64,000 bases of DNA from an uncultured Gemmatimonadaceae bacterium (GTDB lineage Bacteria > Gemmatimonadota > Gemmatimonadetes > Gemmatimonadales > Gemmatimonadaceae), in NCBI GenBank assembly GCA_963781585.1, contig CAWAGQ010000009.1, positions 32,001 through 96,000 on the forward strand. Reading direction: 5' to 3'. A program made the position numbers and the translations under genes. The notes below the pieces were generated by a model. It saw only the letters and a list, made by a program, of their open reading frames with translations. It did not search any database and was not told where the DNA came from. Positions 48,123-57,392 of the stretch are shown one piece after another (the first letter of the stretch is position 1; each line of letters opens with the position of its first letter).

Positions 48123-48788
48123 TTGCGCCCTGCTTCCGCCCTCCTCGGACCAGCCATCCTTCCTGGCCTTCCTCTGTTTTCACGCCCTCGCATCCTCTCC
48201 CTTGCGCTCGCCCCGATTCTGGGGTTCGCGGGCAGGCGACTCCCGGCACAGGCTCCGCCGACGTCACACATCGGACTCGAGGCGATCGGCGCGTTGGGGA
48301 TTCACATTGGCCGAGCCTCCGTCGTGCACTCCGCGAGCGGGTTCGACGCCGGTGGCGTGATCGACATCGGCTGGATCCGGTCACCGCGATTCCGGATGCA
48401 GGGAGAATTGGACTGGCTTCGGGCGACGCTCGACGAATTCGTCGCGGCCGACGACAAGAACTATCACGGACACTTCTACGACCTCAGTGGATCAGTGTCG
48501 GGGGTTCTGCTGGGCGGCGGGACGCGCAGTCGCCTGGTGCCCTACGTGGAAGCCGGGGTGGGCGTTCACGCGCTGTCCAGCAGCTTCGGGACGCTCACCT
48601 TGGACGAGCGGTACAATGCGAATCCGTTTGGAGCGCATGTGGGCGCCGGAATGAGGGTCTGGTTGTCGTCCACGGGAAGGCAGGGTGCGTCGCTGGACAT
48701 TCGGCGCGTGATTGCGCAGAACGTGAATCGAACCAGCGTGCGCATTGGCGCGCTGTTCCTGTTTGGGGACCTGGTGCGGCCGCGCTGA
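48123..48788 (+). CDS. Putative outer-membrane beta-barrel protein; start uncertain
   Basis: PYVEAGVGVH, FGAHVGAGMRV, alternating hydrophobic strands and a signal-like segment ending LPAQ. Confidence 0.6.
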   Translation: MRPASALLGPAILPGLPLFSRPRILSLALAPILGFAGRRLPAQAPPTSHIGLEAIGALGIHIGRASVVHSASGFDAGGVIDIGWIRSPRFRMQGELDWLRATLDEFVAADDKNYHGHFYDLSGSVSGVLLGGGTRSRLVPYVEAGVGVHALSSSFGTLTLDERYNANPFGAHVGAGMRVWLSSTGRQGASLDIRRVIAQNVNRTSVRIGALFLFGDLVRPR

Positions 48789-48811
48789 AAGGCAGTGGAG
48801 AGCACTTCAGC

Positions 48812-48851
48812 TTGACACTCATACGCTTGCCGGTAATGATACATACGTATG
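48812..48851 (+). promoter_or_regulatory. Promoter (-35 TTGACA) with a palindromic operator overlapping the TetR start codon
   Basis: TTGACA 48812-48817; AATGAT 17 nt later; perfect palindrome CATACGTATG 48842-48851; no SD sequence. Confidence 0.6.
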
Positions 48852-49466
48852 AATCAGACCAAGCCGGTCTCCGAACGCCTCGTCACCGCTGCCCGCGAAC
48901 TGTTCACCCGCAAGGGATTCGAGGAAACGTCGGTCCGTGAGATCACGACCCACGCCGAGGCCAACCTCGGAGCCATCACCTACCACTTCGGTTCCAAGGA
49001 AGCTCTCTTCCACGCGGCGATAGAGAGCGTGGTGGAACCCCTGGTCACCGCGGTGGCGTCCGCCGCCGAGGGTGACGGAAGCGCTCTCGACCGGATCGAG
49101 CAGATCGTCCGAGCCTTTCTCGCCCACGTCGAGCGGAATCCGTGGGCACCAGCGCTTCTGCTCCGCGAGCTGTCGAGCGACCGTCCCATCCCTCCCCCCA
49201 TCCGTCACGGCATGCAGCGGAACCTCGGCCTGCTCGTACGGACCATCACCGCCGGACAGGAAGAAGGCTCCATTCGCGCCGGCGATCCGCTGCTTCTCGC
49301 CCTGAGCGTCGTTGCCCAGCCGTTCTTCTTCACCGTGGCAGCGCGCCTGCTGCGCGAAGCTCTCGGGTTGGACCGCTCCGATCGCACGGCCTACACTCGA
49401 GCCACCGAACACATCGCGATGGGTGTCCGGCGCTTCCTCGCCGCCCATGTGGAACGTGAACCATGA
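48849..49466 (+). CDS. TetR/AcrR-family regulator (CecR-like)
   Basis: ARELF..KGF..TSVREIT..AEANLGAITYHFGSKEAL helix-turn-helix. Confidence 0.93.
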   Translation: MNQTKPVSERLVTAARELFTRKGFEETSVREITTHAEANLGAITYHFGSKEALFHAAIESVVEPLVTAVASAAEGDGSALDRIEQIVRAFLAHVERNPWAPALLLRELSSDRPIPPPIRHGMQRNLGLLVRTITAGQEEGSIRAGDPLLLALSVVAQPFFFTVAARLLREALGLDRSDRTAYTRATEHIAMGVRRFLAAHVEREP

Positions 49467-50797
49467 TAGCCACCCTGTTTCTCGTCGCGGCCGCCTTCGC
49501 GCAGGACACCTCGCACCTGACGCTCTCGCAGGTGGTGGATCGCGCTCTTGCCACACATCCATCCGTTGCCGCGGCGCGGGCGCGGCGTGACCACGCCGCG
49601 GCCGAGGTGGGTGAGGCCCGCTCGACCACCAGACCCCGGCTCCTTCTCGACGCATCGGTGAACCAGTTCCAGGAGCCGATGGTCATCGCTCCGCTCCATC
49701 GATTCGATCCCCGGAATCCGCCCTTGTTCGATCGCACACTGGTGCAGTCGGCGCTCTCTCTGAACTGGACGGTCTTCGACTTCGGGAGCCGCGCTGCCGG
49801 TGTCCGTGCGCAGCGGGCGCTCGAAGACGCAGCCGACGACGCGGTCACCAGCGCTACATCGGATCTCATCGCGCAGACGGCCAACGCCTACCTGGAAGCG
49901 CTGACGGCGCGCGAGGTGCTGGCCGCGCAGGATCAGCGACTGACAGCGCTGTCGGCGGAAGCGGACCGCGTGGGCCAGCGACTCGCGCAGGGGAAGGCGG
50001 CCCAGGTCGAGCAGCTGCGTGTGACCGCCGCGTTGAAGCGCGCGGAGGCCGATCGGATTGCGGGAGCGTCGCGACTCGACGTCGCCGAGCGTCAGGTGGC
50101 ACAGCTGACCGATCTGCCGTACACCGACGTGCACCGTTCGACGTTAGGCGGACTGCGGCTGGCCGACACGGCGTTCGCTGCGGACACCACGGCCCGGCTC
50201 CGTGCGTCGCTGGTGGATGCGGCGGATCGGGCCAGCCCGCAGGTGCGGGAGCTGCAGGATCGGGTACGCGCCGCCGGTGCCGGACTCACCGCAGTCCGAG
50301 CCACCGCGCTCCCCGAGCTCCGGCTCGGCAGCGCGTACGTGGATCGCGGCCGGTGGTGGGCCGATTACCGGGCGGAATGGCAGGTCGGCCTGTCGGTCTC
50401 GTATTCGCTCTACGGGGGCGGCTCGCAGTCCAGCGCGATCCGGAAGGCCGCCGCTGACGATCGCGCCGCCGGCGAGCAGCTCCGATTGGCCCGGATGCGC
50501 GTGGACCAGGGCGTGGATCAGGCGCTGGCGGCGCTCCACGAGGCGCACGCGCGGGTCGCCGCGCTGCGCAGCGCGGTCGAGCAGTCGGCCGAGGTCGCGC
50601 GCATCGAACGCCTGGCGCTGGACGTGGGGTCGGGAACCCAGACGGACTATCTGGCGGGGGAAGCAGACCTGCTGGCGGCCAGAGCGAGTCTCGCCGAAGC
50701 GAACCAGGCGCAGATCTCGGCGCGGATCGAACTGGCGCGCGTCGGTGGCGAGCTCTCGCGGGACTGGCTCACTCGGGTACTGGAGGTGGCGCCATGA
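49463..50797 (+). CDS. TolC-family outer membrane efflux protein
   Basis: LTLSQVVDRALATHP, WTVFDFG and two OEP-like halves; ATGA overlap. Confidence 0.9.
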   Translation: MIATLFLVAAAFAQDTSHLTLSQVVDRALATHPSVAAARARRDHAAAEVGEARSTTRPRLLLDASVNQFQEPMVIAPLHRFDPRNPPLFDRTLVQSALSLNWTVFDFGSRAAGVRAQRALEDAADDAVTSATSDLIAQTANAYLEALTAREVLAAQDQRLTALSAEADRVGQRLAQGKAAQVEQLRVTAALKRAEADRIAGASRLDVAERQVAQLTDLPYTDVHRSTLGGLRLADTAFAADTTARLRASLVDAADRASPQVRELQDRVRAAGAGLTAVRATALPELRLGSAYVDRGRWWADYRAEWQVGLSVSYSLYGGGSQSSAIRKAAADDRAAGEQLRLARMRVDQGVDQALAALHEAHARVAALRSAVEQSAEVARIERLALDVGSGTQTDYLAGEADLLAARASLAEANQAQISARIELARVGGELSRDWLTRVLEVAP

Positions 50798-51792
50798 AGC
50801 GCGCACGCGTGGTGCCGGTGGTGCTTGCCGTCGTGGTGCTGGCGGTGGCGGCGTACGTCGTGTTCCTGCGGCCCCACCCGGACGCGAACGAACTGATGGC
50901 ATCCGGCACGGTCGAAGCCACGGAGGCGGGGCTCGGGACGCAAGCGCCTGGACGAATCGACAGCATTTTGGTTCGGGAGGGAGATCGGGTGCGCACCGGC
51001 CAGGAGTTGGTGGTGATGGACCGCGTGGAGCTGCGCGCGCGGGTCGCGCAGGGGCAGGCGCAGGAGGCCGCAGCGCGCGCGTTGCTGGCGGAGCTCGAGC
51101 GCGGATCGCGCCCGGAGGAAGTCGCGCAAGCACGTGAGGCAGCGCGTGCCACCGAGCAGCGCCTGGCCGATGCGCAACGCGACTTCGATCGGACCCAGCG
51201 ACTGCTGCAGGGAGGCGCGGTGTCGCAGGAGACGCTGGACAAGGCGAAGCTGGCGCTCGACGTGGCGCAGAGCCAGCGCGAACAGACCGCGCAGCAGTTG
51301 CAACTGGTGGAGACGGGACCGAGGCCCGAGCGGGTGGCGGCGCAGCGCGCGGCGGTGGCGCAGGCCGGGGCGATGGTGCAGCAGGCGGAGGCGGCGTTGT
51401 CGCACGCGGTAGTCCGCGCGCCGTTCGACGGCGTGGTGACGGTGCGCGACCGCGAGCCGGGCGAAACCGTGGGTGCCGGAGCACCGGTGGTCACGGTCAT
51501 GAACGTCGACGATCGCTGGGTGCGGATCTACGTCCGCGAGGACCGGCTGGGAGCCGTGCAGCTCGGGCAGACGGCGACGATTACGTCGGACACGTATCCG
51601 GGCAAGCAGTACACGGGAACGGTCTCGTATCTGTCGAGCGAGGCGGAGTTCACGCCCCGCAACGTGCAGACCACCGAGGAGCGCGTGAAGCTGGTGTACG
51701 CGGTCAAGGTGCGGATCACCGGCGACCCGGGGCACGAACTGAAGTCGGGGATGCCGGCGGACGTGCATCTGGACCTCCGCGGCGCGCAGTGA
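50794..51792 (+). CDS. HlyD-family periplasmic adaptor (YbhG-like)
   Basis: SGTVEA, VREGD.V, RAPFDG and AEFTPRNVQT.EER..LVY. Confidence 0.93.
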   Translation: MKRARVVPVVLAVVVLAVAAYVVFLRPHPDANELMASGTVEATEAGLGTQAPGRIDSILVREGDRVRTGQELVVMDRVELRARVAQGQAQEAAARALLAELERGSRPEEVAQAREAARATEQRLADAQRDFDRTQRLLQGGAVSQETLDKAKLALDVAQSQREQTAQQLQLVETGPRPERVAAQRAAVAQAGAMVQQAEAALSHAVVRAPFDGVVTVRDREPGETVGAGAPVVTVMNVDDRWVRIYVREDRLGAVQLGQTATITSDTYPGKQYTGTVSYLSSEAEFTPRNVQTTEERVKLVYAVKVRITGDPGHELKSGMPADVHLDLRGAQ

Positions 51793-51801
51793 GCGGCCGC
51801 G

Positions 51802-51836
51802 CGGAGACCAGAGGTCGGAGGTCGGAGACCGGACGG
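51802..51836. repeat. Short degenerate heptamer array
   Basis: CGGAGAC CAGAGGT CGGAGGT CGGAGAC CGGACGG. Confidence 0.6.
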
Positions 51837-51865
51837 GAGCCGCTGTCTGGTGACGAGAAAGTGCG

Positions 51866-52915
51866 ATGACGAATGAGCCGTCGAAGGGCGCCGCGGACCC
51901 GCCGCGCCTGACGCGTGTGGCTGCACCGTCGGCAGTTGTGCGGTCGACGGAGCCGTCGGTCTCGCTGCGCGGCCTCACGAGGCGCTTTGGCGAGCGGACG
52001 GCGGTGGATGGCCTCACGTTCGACGTGGCGGGAGGCGAGCTGTTCGGTCTGGTGGGGCCGGACGGCGCGGGGAAGACGACGACGCTCCGGATGCTGTCCG
52101 GCGTGCTGCGACCGAGCGCCGGCGACGCGTTGGTGGGCGGCGTGAGCGTGGCGCAGGATCCAGAGGGGGTGAAGCATCGCATCGCCTACATGTCTCAGCG
52201 CTTCGGTCTCTACACGGATCTGACGGTCGGCGAGAACATCGAGTTCTACGCCGACCTCTATCTCGTGCCGCGGGCCGACCGGCCGGCGCGGCTGGAGCGG
52301 CTCTATCAGTTCTCCAGCCTGGGGCCGTTCGCGGGACGGCTGGCGGGGCAGCTCTCGGGCGGGATGAAGCAGAAGCTCTCGTTATGCTGCGCCCTCATTC
52401 ACCAGCCGGAGATCCTGCTGCTCGACGAGCCCACGTTCGGCGTGGATCCGATCTCCCGTCGCGACCTGTGGCTGATCGTGCACGAGATGGTGGCCCAGGG
52501 GGTGACGGTGCTGGTGTCGACCTCGTACCTGGACGAGGCGGAGCGCTGCGACCATGTGGCGATGCTCGACCGGGGGCGGGTTGTGGCGCTGGACCGCCCG
52601 GATGCCCTTCAGCGCAGCCTGCCGGGGGAGATGCTGTCGTTGCAGTCGGCCGATGCCCGGCGGGCGGTGGAGGTACTGCGGTCGGCGCCCGGAATCCGCC
52701 GGGCGTCGCTGTTCGGCGACACGGTCCATGTATCGCTAGGCTCGGAGGTGCGGGACTGGCCGGCCGCGGCCCGGCGCCTGGCCGAGGCAAGGGTGCCGGT
52801 GAGCGACGTGCACCGCATCGAACCGTCGCTCGAAGACGTCTTCATCGCGCGCGCGGAACGCGAGGGGTCGGGTCCAAACCGGGCGTCCGACGCCAGTGGT
52901 GCCGATGGCGCCTGA
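51866..52915 (+). CDS. ABC transporter ATP-binding protein
   Basis: GPDGAGKTT, LSGGMKQK and LLDEPT. Confidence 0.93.
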   Translation: MTNEPSKGAADPPRLTRVAAPSAVVRSTEPSVSLRGLTRRFGERTAVDGLTFDVAGGELFGLVGPDGAGKTTTLRMLSGVLRPSAGDALVGGVSVAQDPEGVKHRIAYMSQRFGLYTDLTVGENIEFYADLYLVPRADRPARLERLYQFSSLGPFAGRLAGQLSGGMKQKLSLCCALIHQPEILLLDEPTFGVDPISRRDLWLIVHEMVAQGVTVLVSTSYLDEAERCDHVAMLDRGRVVALDRPDALQRSLPGEMLSLQSADARRAVEVLRSAPGIRRASLFGDTVHVSLGSEVRDWPAAARRLAEARVPVSDVHRIEPSLEDVFIARAEREGSGPNRASDASGADGA

Positions 52916-53924
52916 CGACGCTGGCACCCGTGCATCCGGCGGTACGGCCGGCGCGTCAAACGCGCCGCAGGCACCAGATCGCGACCGCCCGGTGGTCGTC
53001 TCGGTCCACGACCTGACGCGCACGTTCGGCGACTTCGTGGCGGTCGATCACGTCTCGTTCGACGTGCACCGCGGAGAGATCTTCGGATTCCTGGGGCCCA
53101 ACGGCGCCGGCAAGACGACCACCATCAAAATGCTCACCGGTCTGCTCGCGGCGACGTCCGGCTCGGGGACGGTCGCGGGGTTCGACATCCGGACCGAGCC
53201 GGAGTCGATCAAGGCGCGCATTGGCTACATGTCGCAGCTCTTTTCGCTCTATGGCGACCTCACGGTCGACGAGAATATTGCGTTCTTCGCCGGGCTGTAT
53301 GAGGTCACGGGCGAGCGCTTCGCGCGCCGGCGCGACTGGGTGCTGCAGATGGCCGGGCTGGAGGGCGAGCGCGACCGGATGACGGCCGAGCTGGCGCTGG
53401 GATGGAAGCAACGGCTGGCGTTGGGGTGCGCCGTGCTGCACGAGCCGCCGGTCCTGTTCCTCGACGAGCCCACCTCGGGCGTGGATCCCATCTCGCGGCG
53501 CCGATTCTGGGACCTGATCTACTCGTTCGCCGACCGCGGAACCACGGTGTTCGTGAGCACCCACTATATGGAAGAGGCCGAATACTGCCACCGGCTGGCG
53601 CTGATGAACCGGGGACGGCTGATCGCGCTCGACCGCCCGGGCGCGCTGCGCGAGCGTGTGGGTGAGCCGATTCTCGAGCTGCGCGTGGACAACGGACCGG
53701 CCGCGGTGCAGGTGCTGCAGCACGCGCCCGGCGTCCTCGAGGCCACGCTGTTCGGGCGGGCGGTCCACGTCGTGGTGGACGACGAAGAGGCGGCGGAACG
53801 CGCGCTGCCCGGGCTGCTGCAGCAGCGCGGACTGACCAGCCACGCGGTCACGCCGGTGCGCCCTTCGCTCGAGGACGTGTTCGTGTCGCTGGTGCGCCGC
53901 GAAGGCGGCGCCGCCGCCGGGTGA
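52905..53924 (+). CDS. ABC transporter ATP-binding protein
   Basis: GPNGAGKTT, LALGWKQR, FLDEPTSGVDP and STHYMEEAE. Confidence 0.93.
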   Translation: MAPDDAGTRASGGTAGASNAPQAPDRDRPVVVSVHDLTRTFGDFVAVDHVSFDVHRGEIFGFLGPNGAGKTTTIKMLTGLLAATSGSGTVAGFDIRTEPESIKARIGYMSQLFSLYGDLTVDENIAFFAGLYEVTGERFARRRDWVLQMAGLEGERDRMTAELALGWKQRLALGCAVLHEPPVLFLDEPTSGVDPISRRRFWDLIYSFADRGTTVFVSTHYMEEAEYCHRLALMNRGRLIALDRPGALRERVGEPILELRVDNGPAAVQVLQHAPGVLEATLFGRAVHVVVDDEEAAERALPGLLQQRGLTSHAVTPVRPSLEDVFVSLVRREGGAAAG

Positions 53925-53928
53925 CGCC

Positions 53929-55050
53929 ATGAATCTGAGTACCACGCGCCTGCTCGCGATCGCGCGGAAGGAGGTCGTGCAGTTGCGCCGCGATCCCCGC
54001 AGCCTGGCGATGGCGTTCGTGGTGCCGGCCGCGATGATCGTGTTCTTCGGCTACGTCATCAGTTTCGACGTCAACGACATCCGGATGGCGGTACTGGATC
54101 AGGATCACACGCCACAGAGCCGGGAGCTCGTCGCAGCGTTCGAGGCGGCCGGGCGGTTCCATGTCAGGTCGCGCCTGACGTCGTACGGCGAGATCGAACC
54201 GCTGATGGTGCGGGCCGGCGCGCGGCTCGTGCTGGTCATTCCCCCCGGCTTCCAGCGCGAGCTCTCCACCGGCGGCCCGGCGCCGATCCAGGCGATCGTC
54301 GACGGTGCCGACGCCAACACGGCGGCGATCGCACTCAACTACGCCGACGTCATCGCGGCCTCCTTTTCGGCATCCCGGTCCAGCGGCGCGGCGCGGCGGC
54401 CTGCCCCGATCGTGGTGGGCGATCGCGTCTGGTACAACGAGACGCTCGCCAGCAGCAACATGATCGTCCCCGGACTGGTGGCGATGATCATGATGATCAT
54501 CGCCGCGATGCTGACCGCGCTCACCGTGGCCCGGGAATGGGAGCGCGGCACCATGGAGCAGCTCGCGGCCACGCCGGTCCACCGCGTGGAGGTCATCATC
54601 GGCAAGCTGCTGCCGTATCTCGGCATCGGCCTGTTCGACGTCACCGCCGCGGTGCTGATCGGCATGTACGTGTTCGACGTCCCGTTCCGGGGGAGCCCGC
54701 TCCTCCTGTTCGCGATGGCGATCCTGTTCCTGCTCGGCTCGTTAGGCCTGGGGATCTGGATCAGCGCGGCCGTGAAGTCGCAGCTGCTGGCCACCCAGAC
54801 CTCAATGCTGGTCACCTTCCTGCCGTCACTGATCCTGTCGGGCCTGCTGTTCGACATCGCCAGCATGCCGATCGCGCTGCGCGCCATCTCGACGGTGGTG
54901 CCGGCGCGGTATTTCATCGTCGTGCTGCGGGGCATCTTCCTCAAGGGCGTGGGGCTCGACGTTCTCTGGACCCAGGGCGTTGCGATGGTGCTGTTCGCGA
55001 CCCTCGGCCTCGGGCTTGCCGTGCACGCATTCCGCAAGGAAATCGCATGA
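53929..55050 (+). CDS. ABC-2 permease (YbhS-like)
   Basis: KEVVQLRRD, IVPGL and AREWERGTMEQL. Confidence 0.92.
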   Translation: MNLSTTRLLAIARKEVVQLRRDPRSLAMAFVVPAAMIVFFGYVISFDVNDIRMAVLDQDHTPQSRELVAAFEAAGRFHVRSRLTSYGEIEPLMVRAGARLVLVIPPGFQRELSTGGPAPIQAIVDGADANTAAIALNYADVIAASFSASRSSGAARRPAPIVVGDRVWYNETLASSNMIVPGLVAMIMMIIAAMLTALTVAREWERGTMEQLAATPVHRVEVIIGKLLPYLGIGLFDVTAAVLIGMYVFDVPFRGSPLLLFAMAILFLLGSLGLGIWISAAVKSQLLATQTSMLVTFLPSLILSGLLFDIASMPIALRAISTVVPARYFIVVLRGIFLKGVGLDVLWTQGVAMVLFATLGLGLAVHAFRKEIA

Positions 55051-56198
55051 TGCGGCCGTGGCTCAGCATCGGCCGCCTCCGCCAGATGGTGCGCAAGGAG
55101 CTGCGCCAGGCGCTGCGGGATCCTCGTTCGCAGCGGATCCTCTTCGTGGCACCGGTGGTGCAACTCCTGATCTTCGGGTACGCCGTGACCACCGACGTGC
55201 GCAACACCGGAACGTTCGTTGTCGACCACGATCGCTCGGCGGAATCGCGCGGGCTGGTGAGCGCGCTGGCGGCCGGCGGCTACTTTCGCATCGTCGGCCG
55301 GAGCGAGCGGTCTGTGGATCTCTCGGCGGCCCTCGACCACGGCGACGCCCTGGTCGGTCTGGAGATCCCGCGCGGCTTCGCCGCGGATCTGGCGAGCGGG
55401 CGCCAGGCCTCGGTTCAGTTGCTCGTCGATGGCAGCACCGCGAACACGGCCAACGTGGCTCATGGCTATGCGATGCGGATCATCGCACGGTTTGCGGCCG
55501 AGCAGGGTGGCGCGGTCGCGGCACGCGCCGGGAGCGAGGTCCCGCCGGCTACGAGCGGCGTGGATTTCCGCGCGCGCGCCTGGTTCAACCCCGACCTCGC
55601 CAGCCGGGTGTACAACGTGCCGGGCGTGATCGGCACCGTGACGATGTTGATGACCCTGCTCCTGACTTCGCTGGCGGTGGTGCGCGAACGCGAGATCGGG
55701 ACTCTCGAGCAGCTGATGGTGAGCCCGCTCCGTCCGTCGGAATTGATTCTCGGGAAGACGGTGCCGGTGGTCCTGATTGCCCTCGTGGATCTGGCGCTGA
55801 TCACGACGATTGCGCTCTTCTGGTTCCACGTGCCGTTTCGCGGAAGCTTCCTGCTGCTGCTGGTCGCGAGTCTGGCCTACATCCTTACTGGCCTCGGCAT
55901 CGGGCTCTTCATCTCGACCGTCTCGAGCACGCAACAGGAAGCGTTCATGTCGATGTTCTTCTTCCTGCTGCCGGCGATTCTGCTGTCGGGGTTCATGTTT
56001 CCGATCGAGAGCATGCCGGTCGTACTCCAGTACCTCACGCTGCTCGATCCGCTACGCCATTTTCTGGTGGTGGTGCGAGGGATCTTCCTGCGGGGCGCCG
56101 GATGGCAGGTGCTGCATCGCGAGATCCTGGTGCTGATGGCGATGGGCGTGACGGTGTTGTGGATCGCCACGACGCGGTTCCGGAAGACGAGCGGGTGA
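55047..56198 (+). CDS. ABC-2 permease (YbhR-like)
   Basis: KELRQALRD, REREIGTLEQLMVSP and LSGFMFPIESMP; ATGA overlap. Confidence 0.92.
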   Translation: MMRPWLSIGRLRQMVRKELRQALRDPRSQRILFVAPVVQLLIFGYAVTTDVRNTGTFVVDHDRSAESRGLVSALAAGGYFRIVGRSERSVDLSAALDHGDALVGLEIPRGFAADLASGRQASVQLLVDGSTANTANVAHGYAMRIIARFAAEQGGAVAARAGSEVPPATSGVDFRARAWFNPDLASRVYNVPGVIGTVTMLMTLLLTSLAVVREREIGTLEQLMVSPLRPSELILGKTVPVVLIALVDLALITTIALFWFHVPFRGSFLLLLVASLAYILTGLGIGLFISTVSSTQQEAFMSMFFFLLPAILLSGFMFPIESMPVVLQYLTLLDPLRHFLVVVRGIFLRGAGWQVLHREILVLMAMGVTVLWIATTRFRKTSG

Positions 56199-56398
56199 GC
56201 CAGTTGTCAGTTTTCAGCAGCCGGTTTCAGCTGTCCGTTCTTCAGTCGTCCGGTCGCACGGTGTCGCCAATCAGTGTGAACCCTGCCGGGTTACTTCCCG
56301 GAACACCTTGAGCATGCTGAGAACCGAGAGCCAGGGACCGACAGCTGATGACTGACCGTGACTGACAACTGATCACTGATAATCACCGACTACTGACG
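56199..56398. repeat. Inverted pair of degenerate TCAG/CTGA short-repeat tracts
   Basis: CAGTTGTCAGT (56201-56211) pairs with ACTGACAACTG (56361-56371); TCAGCTGTC (56227-56235) pairs with GACAGCTGA (56340-56348). Confidence 0.7.
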
Positions 56399-56412
56399 TT
56401 TCCCGTCAATCG

Positions 56413-56832
56413 ATGCCCCTTCCCCCATCCATCGAAACCGTCCTGCAGCGATTTCAGGTCCTCGGGCGCGAGGAGAAGATGCAGGCGCTGGTGTCGTACG
56501 CGAAGAAGCTCGAGCCGGTGCCTGAGCGATTCATGGCGCTCGACGACGACGCCTTCGCGGTGCCGGAGTGCCAGACGCCGGTGCGCATCTTTCCCGAGCG
56601 GCGCGACGGCCTCCTGCACTTCTACGCCGACGTGGACGTGCGCCGCTCACCGACCGTTGCGGCATTCCTCAGCATTCTCCTCGGCGCCGTGAACGACCAA
56701 CCGCCGAGCGCCACGCTCGCCGTTCCCGACGACTTCGTGCGGATCGTCATGCAGAGCGTCGGGCTCGGAGCACGCGAAGTGGGACTCGAAGCACTGGTGG
56801 CGCGACTCAAGCGCTTCGCGCGGGAGGCGTAG
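56413..56832 (+). CDS. sufE: SufE-family sulfur acceptor protein
   Basis: VPECQTPV with the conserved Cys; SPTVAAF; 139 aa. Confidence 0.8.
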   Translation: MPLPPSIETVLQRFQVLGREEKMQALVSYAKKLEPVPERFMALDDDAFAVPECQTPVRIFPERRDGLLHFYADVDVRRSPTVAAFLSILLGAVNDQPPSATLAVPDDFVRIVMQSVGLGAREVGLEALVARLKRFAREA

Positions 56833-57032
56833 CCGGCGCGGCGACGTTCCCGGGGGGAAGGGTTCCGACACCATCGCCGGGCCTCGTCGCGAGTCGGGCG
56901 CGACCGGTTCGCGAGGAGCGCTCGGGTGGCGCGACCGCCGCTCGCCACGCCTTCCCTTTGGCGACGGTCTCTCTGCACTATTCGAGCACGGCGCGTGCCA
57001 CGCGGTGCCCGCCCCAACGCGGAGCGGTTGTC

Positions 57033-57392
57033 ATGGGGGTCCTGCAGATCAGGGTCAAGCGTCATGGTCCGTATACGATCGCGCTGGAGGACGCGGGCGC
57101 GGTGTGCATCGTCGACCACGACGGAAACCAGCTCATCCCCGAGCCGGGACGCCCGATTGTGCTGTGCCGCTGCGGGGGGTCGGGCACCAAGCCGTTCTGC
57201 GATGGAACGCACAAGCGGAATGGATTCCTGCGACCGACGGGTTGGAGACCAGAGGGCGGAGAACAGCGCGTTGGAGGAGGGGGCGCGGCGGCGCGAGAAG
57301 CGGAGGGACGAGGTCAGGGTACCGAGGGACGCAACGAGTTGCCCGTCGAAGGAAGCGCGGAGACGAAAGTCGACGCGCGGAGAGGGAGATGA
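57033..57392 (+). CDS. CDGSH iron-sulfur domain protein
   Basis: HGPY...LCRCGGSGTKPFCDGTH; low-complexity C-terminal tail. Confidence 0.85.
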   Translation: MGVLQIRVKRHGPYTIALEDAGAVCIVDHDGNQLIPEPGRPIVLCRCGGSGTKPFCDGTHKRNGFLRPTGWRPEGGEQRVGGGGAAAREAEGRGQGTEGRNELPVEGSAETKVDARRGR

